Part shown: piece by piece, positions 54,410-60,698 of the stretch
Numbering within the stretch: position 1 is the stretch's first letter
How the letters are laid out: each line of letters starts with the position of its first letter
Position numbers and translations under genes: made by a program
Notes under the pieces: generated by a model
Seen by the model: the letters and a program-made list of their open reading frames with translations, nothing else
What the model was told of the DNA's origin: nothing
Database searches by the model: none
Assembly: GCA_963755715.1 (NCBI GenBank)
Contig: CAVWLW010000029.1
Location: 1 to 60,698 of the forward strand
DNA from: an uncultured delta proteobacterium
Lineage (GTDB): Bacteria > Desulfobacterota > Binatia > UBA9968
DNA: 60,698 nt
Reading direction: 5' to 3'

Positions 54410-54727
54410 ATGAAAAAATCGACTTCATTAATAGCGCTGAGTTTACTTGCGGGTGCTCTGACGATCCCGAACGGACGCGTTTATGCCGACCAAAACCCGC
54501 CGGGCAATCACGAGCAGCGTGAAGAGCTGCGCCGAGATCAGCAACAGCTCGAACAGTTAAGACAGCAACGTAATCGCGAGCGCCGCGAGGGCGATAAGGA
54601 CGAAGCCCGGGAATACAATGAGAAGATACGGGACCAGAAGAGGGAAATTCGTCAAGATCGAAAAGATATCTACGGGCAAGACCGTGACAGGCATCATGAC
54701 CGTGATCACGATCATGATCATGACTGA
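54410..54727 (+). CDS. Secreted hydrophilic protein with His/Asp-rich tail
   Basis: Strong RBS gaggagg, signal peptide, charged coiled coil, DRDRHHDRDHDHDHD end. Confidence 0.8.
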   Translation: MKKSTSLIALSLLAGALTIPNGRVYADQNPPGNHEQREELRRDQQQLEQLRQQRNRERREGDKDEAREYNEKIRDQKREIRQDRKDIYGQDRDRHHDRDHDHDHD

Positions 54728-54772
54728 TTTATTTCAAAACAAAGATCAATCGAGAAAGAAAGGTGACTTTTT

Positions 54773-54937
54773 ATGAATTGTCGTAAAAAAATCTTTTCGG
54801 CACTGATATTAGCTTGTTCGCTGGCCGGTATTCTTAGCTCGTTCGCCTGCAATACGGTTCACGGAGTGGGAGAAGACATTGAGCGTGGTGGTGAAAAAAC
54901 TCAAGATGCCGCGGATAGAGTGAAAAGACGGTTATAG
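54773..54937 (+). CDS. Entericidin A/B family lipoprotein
   Basis: Manual translation MNCRKKIFSALILACSLAGILSSFA-CNTVHGVGEDIERGGEKTQDAADRVKRRL*; absent from the ORF track (54 aa). Confidence 0.88.
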   Translation: MNCRKKIFSALILACSLAGILSSFACNTVHGVGEDIERGGEKTQDAADRVKRRL

Positions 54938-55139
54938 GAATACATTTTCAAAGGGGTTCGCTCGACAAGTCATTTGTGGGGTCGCGCTTCCGCTGCGTTT
55001 TTCAAACTCGTCTTGCCCCTGTCGATATAATTAACGCAGTAGGAGGCGCACCCGTTCATTTTTTGATCGCTATCTGGACACCAGCCACAGGAATTTTTGC
55101 AAGCTTGAGGTACAAAAGGAGTGAAGCAACAGGTGAATT

Positions 55140-55241
55140 ATGGGAATAATATTACTAATCATCCTAATACTTTTGCTCGCCGGAGCGTTACCTACATTAG
55201 CGGCTACTTGGTGGCATCGGTCTCACAGCCGCGATTCGTAA
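55140..55241 (+). pseudogene. DUF3309-like small membrane protein, damaged
   Basis: MGIILLIILILLLAGALPT matches the family N-terminus; the Gly-rich LGGIGL part is out of frame. Confidence 0.6.
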
Positions 55242-55315
55242 TGCCTGTCATGTGCGTCGGTCAATGCTAAAAACTCCCGATTGAGCCACTTCAGGGCGCG
55301 AGTTACGCTGGAGAT

Positions 55316-55513
55316 ATGCCGAAGCAGCTCATCCGTCATTGCCCCAGGTGCAAAGCGCGCATGGGAATTGCGATCCTCGATTCCGTAACCAGGAACGTTC
55401 GTGCCGTCCACGGGTTCTGCATGAAATGCGGTTACGGGTTTCGGTGGGCTATCATCCGATCCTCACAGGAATTCGTCATCGGTGGCTATACACCTGGTAA
55501 TTCGACGCCATGA
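55316..55513 (+). CDS. Small zinc-ribbon protein
   Basis: RBS ggag; CPRC...CMKCG. Confidence 0.6.
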   Translation: MPKQLIRHCPRCKARMGIAILDSVTRNVRAVHGFCMKCGYGFRWAIIRSSQEFVIGGYTPGNSTP

Positions 55514-56479
55514 TCGTCGGATACTTCAAGCTTACGAATCTGAAGACCCTTTGTCGCTATATTGTATCTCGTCTCCGTGCTCGCTGCGACGATTTCTCCC
55601 GCTCTAGCTGTTCCACTACTGGACCGAATAGCACAACTAAAAGCCAGAGCCGAATTCGAGCCACTATCGGCTTATGCCGCACGTGAAATTTGAGAGCCAA
55701 CGAATTCGAAGATAAGGCTTCTTCACCAGATCCGATCCCGACAAAATTAACGTTGCGTCCAATAATCCACTGTTGGCAACTGTCGCGTTAACTGCCAAGC
55801 CCTGTCAGTCCATTTCAGTTGGTCAGCCGCCATTTGATGCCGTAGAATCCTTTTCTAATCGAAAACAACAACCAGACGCGATTGCCGAAACGAACGATGT
55901 GTGCGCACAGCGATCTCTCGTCAGAGGGAACGGCTTTGTTAAAATTCAGGTGAGTGGGCGGCGAATTATTTCGCGGCACCCTGCAAATTGAAGGCTAACT
56001 CTGTGGGTTGGACGACTCAACCCCTGAGCGGAGTCAACGAGATAAGGAACAAACACTGATCATCTCCAGCGGCACCGAGGTCTTTCTGCACGAAAAACCG
56101 TTTTTGCCATCGTGATGATCACGCTAAGTCCTGTTCATGCCTGTGAGTTAAACCCTTACCCGTTTTAGCTCTTTAGGTTCGCAGAAAAGATCACCCAAGG
56201 CTTTTCTGCACAGCGACATTTTAACCCGATTATATTGGCCGACACTTTCAAAAGGCGAAGTTGCCATTGCGGCCACGACAATTCGGGTTTCTACACGCGC
56301 ATCTGATTCCTTCAGAATTACCAAACCATCCTTCGAAAAGCAGGGGTCCGAGCCTTGCTTTGGTCTCGGTTGGGAATCCTCAACCGAATGCCACACTTCG
56401 CTAAATTTCTGCGCCGGGTGCCGGTCTTAATTATCGCAACGAACCGATTGGCGAAATCAGGACCGAACAAATTCCAACC

Positions 56480-57733
56480 ATGAAACGATTATATTGGCTG
56501 TTGGCAATTCTTGCGCTCTTCGGCTGCGCCAGGGTTTTGGCCGTGCGAGAGATTCCTGAGATCAATCTCGGCGAAGCGAATTTTTTTCGTACCATCGAGG
56601 CGCACACAGACGCCCCTATCGTCAGCGGGAATCGGATCGAAATTTTACTCAACGGCGACGAAACTTTTCCCATGATGCTGCGGGAGATTAGAACAGCGAA
56701 ATCCACAATCACATTTGCTCAGTATCTCTATGAAGATGGTTCTATAGCCCGCGACTTGGCCCAGGCTTTTGCCGAACGCTGCCGAGCAGGTGTCAAGGCG
56801 GACATTCTTCTCGACAGTCACGGATCGGGTAAAGCGCCCTCCGAAATCATTGCAACTATGAAGGACGCGGGCTGTCATGTGGAATACTTCCGTCGCATCG
56901 AAGCCGATGGAATCATCTTTCCGTGGAAATTGTTGCGCTACAATTATCGAAGCCATCGCCGGGTTTTGGTGATTGATGGTCAAATCGGCTTTACCGGGGG
57001 ATACGGAATAAGTGAAGCTTGGACGGGAAACGGTCGCACTCCGGAACATTGGCGCGATACGAATGCGCGAATCGAAGGTCCAGTGGTGAGATTCCTGCAA
57101 GCGGCCTTCGCGGAGAGCTGGCTCGAAACCACGGGCATCGCTATTGGTGGCGACGGCTATTTTCCGCGCCTTGAGCCAAGCGGAAAGCTGCCGGCACAAA
57201 TCGTCAAGAGTTCACCCACGGGCGGGAGCTTTCAAAATTACATGTTGTTCCTGCTCTCGATCAACTCGGCAAAGAAATCCATTCTTATCACTAACCCGTA
57301 CTTCATCCCCGATAGCGTCATGACCAAAGCTCTGGTGAAAGCGGCCGCCCGAGGGGTACGGGTTGTCGTATTGTTACCGGGCGAGATCGACAGTCACCTC
57401 ACTTACACCGCAAGCCGCAGCCATTATGGCCCTCTTCTTCGCGGAGGCGTTCAGATTTTCGAGTACAAAGCGTCCCTCATGCATGCCAAAACGATAGTAG
57501 TCGATGGTGTCTGGTTGACGATCGGCAGCACCAACTTCGATAATCGATCTTTTGCTTTGAACCAAGAAATCAATCTCACGGTCTACGATAGCGGTCTAGC
57601 TCATCGGCTCGAAGAAATCTTTCAAGAAGATCTGAAGTATTCCCAACAAATAACATACGAACAGTGGCAGTCGCGGAGTATTTTCGAACGACTCTTTGAA
57701 TTTTTCGAATTCCCGATCCGGGAGCAGCTATGA
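56480..57733 (+). CDS. cls: Cardiolipin synthase / phospholipase D family
   Basis: GNRIEILLNGDE, HRRVLVIDG..GFTGG, WRDT, TNPYFIP, HAKTIVVDG..IGSTNFDNRS. Confidence 0.92.
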   Translation: MKRLYWLLAILALFGCARVLAVREIPEINLGEANFFRTIEAHTDAPIVSGNRIEILLNGDETFPMMLREIRTAKSTITFAQYLYEDGSIARDLAQAFAERCRAGVKADILLDSHGSGKAPSEIIATMKDAGCHVEYFRRIEADGIIFPWKLLRYNYRSHRRVLVIDGQIGFTGGYGISEAWTGNGRTPEHWRDTNARIEGPVVRFLQAAFAESWLETTGIAIGGDGYFPRLEPSGKLPAQIVKSSPTGGSFQNYMLFLLSINSAKKSILITNPYFIPDSVMTKALVKAAARGVRVVVLLPGEIDSHLTYTASRSHYGPLLRGGVQIFEYKASLMHAKTIVVDGVWLTIGSTNFDNRSFALNQEINLTVYDSGLAHRLEEIFQEDLKYSQQITYEQWQSRSIFERLFEFFEFPIREQL

Positions 57734-57817
57734 ATTCACGTCAGGGGGTAGGTTTGCTGCTGGTTAACGAGCCCACATTGCACTCTGTCATAGCAACCCC
57801 GATTACAAGGAGAGCGA

Positions 57818-58087
57818 ATGGACCGATGGCTAAACGACGGGCCAGCGTTGGCATATGTCAAAGAGCTGTGCACCTGGATCGTAGTCAATAACAAAGGCGA
57901 GCTGATTTCATGTACCAACGACCCGGCAGAGATCGCGTGGTTATCGCTATGGGTTCTGCAATACAAGGCGACCATAAAAGAAGCGGACCGGGGCACGGAT
58001 AATCGCGCATCGAAGGCGGTCGGTCGAAGGCGACGCCGTGTTTCTTCACGCCGAGCTAAGCGAGCCCCCCGCCCTGCTTTACCGTAG
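57818..58087 (+). CDS. Hypothetical protein
   Basis: RBS aggag; 89-aa ORF, basic tail may be a frameshift product. Confidence 0.45.
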   Translation: MDRWLNDGPALAYVKELCTWIVVNNKGELISCTNDPAEIAWLSLWVLQYKATIKEADRGTDNRASKAVGRRRRRVSSRRAKRAPRPALP

Positions 58088-58109
58088 CGGGAAGGAAAGG
58101 AGACAGAGC

Positions 58110-58331
58110 ATGTCAGTTAAAGCCTCTTCGCACTCTCGAATCAAAACAATTAAAGTTATCTGTGACCGCTGCAAACAAATCGTTGAGGGGATTCGAGGCG
58201 AACAGTTTACCTCTGGCTTTTATGACATGACAAAGTGGGAAGAGTACCGGCGCGAGAACGAACAGTATGTATGTGAATCGTGTATGTTCGCTGATCCTAA
58301 ATATGTAGAGCGTTACGGCTCTTGTTTCTAG
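58110..58331 (+). CDS. Small CxxC...CxxC protein
   Basis: RBS aggag; CDRC and CESC. Confidence 0.7.
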   Translation: MSVKASSHSRIKTIKVICDRCKQIVEGIRGEQFTSGFYDMTKWEEYRRENEQYVCESCMFADPKYVERYGSCF

Positions 58332-58340
58332 CGGTAAAAT

Positions 58341-58616
58341 TTAAGCTCTGCTTGGACCGTGAACCTTAACCCGGTAAATTTCAGGGCCGGGTTTAACAGC
58401 GGATCGAATAACGTCTTGAAGCTCCGATAGGTTGCTGAGTCGATAAAGGCCATTATCGATCACAATTCTGACTTGCTTGTGTCCCTTTACTCTGTGTTGA
58501 AAGATGCATTCCGTTTCAAGGTCATTGGGATTTAGAGGAGACGGCTTCGTTATCTGCCATCCCTTCTCGATGCTATCGAGGACCGGTTGAAGCGCCTTGC
58601 GTTTATCAATTGCCAT
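58341..58616 (-). CDS. Hypothetical protein
   Basis: RBS aggagg before MAIDKRK. Confidence 0.65.
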   Translation of the reverse strand: MAIDKRKALQPVLDSIEKGWQITKPSPLNPNDLETECIFQHRVKGHKQVRIVIDNGLYRLSNLSELQDVIRSAVKPGPEIYRVKVHGPSRA

Positions 58617-58726
58617 CGTCAACCTCCTTGACCGTGGAATGTTCATCTAGCCTACATTGGGCAAATAAAGCAATTGCAAGCCGACTGAGGCCGCGCCCAA
58701 AACATCAGCCCTGGCAGAGAAGAGAT

Positions 58727-59326
58727 TTAAAGAGTGTACGATAAATCGAGGTCACCGATCTCCTTGATTGATTTTCCGATATGACCTTGCAAAAAAATGT
58801 ATAACTGCCGACAAAACACATGATCGTTAAACGCGAGACACCCCATATATCGTTCGCTCTTAATTTCCATTCTTAAAAAGAGCTTATCGGGTGCTGCCTC
58901 ATTTAAGATGACGCCTATCAAAGTGCCGACTTCACCTAAGTTTTTTTTGTAGGTTTTAGAGCCAGCACCAGAAACCCAAATCGGTGGCCAATTCGCATAA
59001 CCGGCAAAATTCATCTGCGGGTGATCTCTGAGCTGCACAGCAGTTTTTCTATATTCGATCTGCGAAGCATCGAGCGGTTTTTGGGCTAGACGAATTCCTT
59101 TTTCTATATAGGAACTCGCTCGCGGATAAGATACCTTCGCCCGAGTCAAAAGAAGTTCCGCATCATCTAGTTCACAAAGACATTCGACCACATTTCCGAG
59201 CCGGACATATACTGGAGTGCGGCTTACTACGGCATTTTTTAAAAGGTCATATTCTCGACTCAATGAAGGGCAGCGTCCCAAAAACGTTTGGTAGATTGCG
59301 ACCGGCATTTCAATCAGCACAGCCAT
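58727..59326 (-). CDS. Hypothetical protein, apparently two-domain
   Basis: 199-aa ORF; C-terminal LRDHPQM..NWPPIW...GKSIKEIGDLDL module. Confidence 0.7.
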   Translation of the reverse strand: MAVLIEMPVAIYQTFLGRCPSLSREYDLLKNAVVSRTPVYVRLGNVVECLCELDDAELLLTRAKVSYPRASSYIEKGIRLAQKPLDASQIEYRKTAVQLRDHPQMNFAGYANWPPIWVSGAGSKTYKKNLGEVGTLIGVILNEAAPDKLFLRMEIKSERYMGCLAFNDHVFCRQLYIFLQGHIGKSIKEIGDLDLSYTL

Positions 59327-60383
59327 ATCGATTCTTCAAATATAGTCCGTTTGCCCCGGCAAACTCCCACTATCATCTTCTTCTCAGAACAATTGTCGTT
59401 TCAAGTAGTCTTTAAAAAAATGAGCTAATTGAAGACAAATCTAATCACGCGATTGTTGGCCGACTGGCAGATCTAAGGCAACCGAGTTTTCGAAACATCC
59501 CACTGATTTGTTGTTTGAGAAAGGTGTAAGTCGGGGAGTTGGGTCGCAATATCCCAACAACAGTGCCGAGAATGCGAGTGCCCGCACGGATCTACCAGTC
59601 CGATGCTACACCCACCTGTCGCTATTTGCTATCTAATGTTTAACTGAACTTTCACGATTTTGCGGTGAGGCAGGATTGGAACTGTTCGCTTTGAGATTTC
59701 ACAGGCGTAAAAGAGTAAAACCTGCTTGAACACCCATCGAAGCTGAGCATCTCGCCCTCTGCGATATCTCTCGCCGCGATCGCATGATGGATGCTAGTTC
59801 TGAAGCTTTTTTGCAGCTTAGCTCGCCATCTCGATCCGTTATAAATTCGATAAAATCACCAGCGATTAGATTTTCGGCAGCTTTGATGGTCCATAGCATT
59901 TCCTAATTCTTAGGGTAAATTGTTGATGCTTCTACCCGTCTAAAATACTCTCCGGCTGTCCAAATATTCGCTATCCCGACATCACCGTCATGATTTTGTA
60001 GGTATTGAGACCTATTCCTGTCAAGATATTCCCCTAGCGACCAAAATATTCCTATGAACCCCTGGTGTTTTAAAATAAGATCCGAAGTCCAACTTGTTCG
60101 CAAAAGGAGTGATTACCTGTGGCTGAGAAGGAGCTTTCGTCCTTTAAAATAGGGCAAAAACCGTTGGAAATAAATCGTCACTAATGTTTCACAAACATAT
60201 TTGTTTTCTATGCCAGCGATCCTACGAAGAAGTAGAATCCGTCAAGTGCCAGTACACTCACGATCATCGGTGGGGAAAATGTCTTCGGTGCGAAAACAAT
60301 TTCCCCGTTCGTAAGCCTAGCAATGTGTCATGACTTTTCGCGCTTCTCTAGTGGTACTTTTGACCCAATGAAGAAAACGTTTC

Positions 60384-60629
60384 ATGCCAGAATACGAGAT
60401 CTATATTCATTGCGCCTGTTGTAACGGCGAGCATCGCCTTCTCATGAAGGTTCATCTTGCCCATGGGCCGAATCACAAGCAAAGCATTGCCAAGTCCTTT
60501 CCTGATGGCATTGTGCCTCCGCAGCTTCTGGCTATTCAGGGACGCAATGCTCTGTGCTTAAAAACGGGGAAGAAGTTTAAGGTTGAAAATGACGAGCAAT
60601 TTCTGCTCGTGCCTACAGCGTTTCTCTAA
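60384..60629 (+). CDS. Small Cys/His-rich hypothetical protein
   Basis: HCACCNGEH...CLKTGK, 81 aa. Confidence 0.65.
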   Translation: MPEYEIYIHCACCNGEHRLLMKVHLAHGPNHKQSIAKSFPDGIVPPQLLAIQGRNALCLKTGKKFKVENDEQFLLVPTAFL

Positions 60630-60698
60630 TGGTGACATCCATTTGCCGCTTTTTTGAAGTGTAAACCCGTTCGCTAATTCTCACGAAACCGAATTAAA

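Larger units (their letters stand above)
52285..60698. mobile_element. Genomic island integrated at tRNA-Pro (other end outside window)
   Basis: tRNA 3' fragment at boundary, visibly AT-richer sequence, low coding density, short accessory ORFs; no intact integrase seen. Confidence 0.65.

Overview
Bacterial chromosomal window, probably from a soil Candidatus Binatia/deltaproteobacterial-type genome (inferred from orphan NMT1-type binding proteins, Rieske/LigAB/UbiD genes and PilT/PilU). Many single-base frameshifts hit otherwise intact genes, which points to an unpolished long-read assembly. Layout: (1) 0-9.1 kb, an accessory block of envelope/surface proteins (M48 lipoprotein, BON, Spy-like, VWA, sigma54-driven choice-of-anchor-Q/DUF4214 protein, 51-bp-repeat S74-chaperone fibre, truncated CSLREA protein), partly bounded by a 34-bp duplication of the threonine synthase 3' end. 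(2) 9.1-44 kb, mostly core genes: thrC-like, comEA, FAD/Fe-S oxidoreductase, UDG, actinobacterial-type Sdh1, pilTU, SDR-ALDH-UbiD, purC, pcp, thiC, nuoI, apt, MetE-like, nlpD-like, pcm, rnhB. This part also holds a four-helix-bundle gene inside heptamer-built inverted repeats, an unannotated UxxC ArsC/Spx selenoprotein with a SECIS-like hairpin, and TA and type III R-M relics. (3) 44-52 kb, an aromatic catabolism cluster with orphan binding proteins. (4) From 52.3 kb, an AT-richer island starting at a 3' fragment of tRNA-Pro(GGG) (att site), carrying divergent sigma54 promoters, small secreted proteins, an entericidin, cardiolipin synthase and small CxxC proteins. All family calls come from motif recognition by eye; no searches were run.
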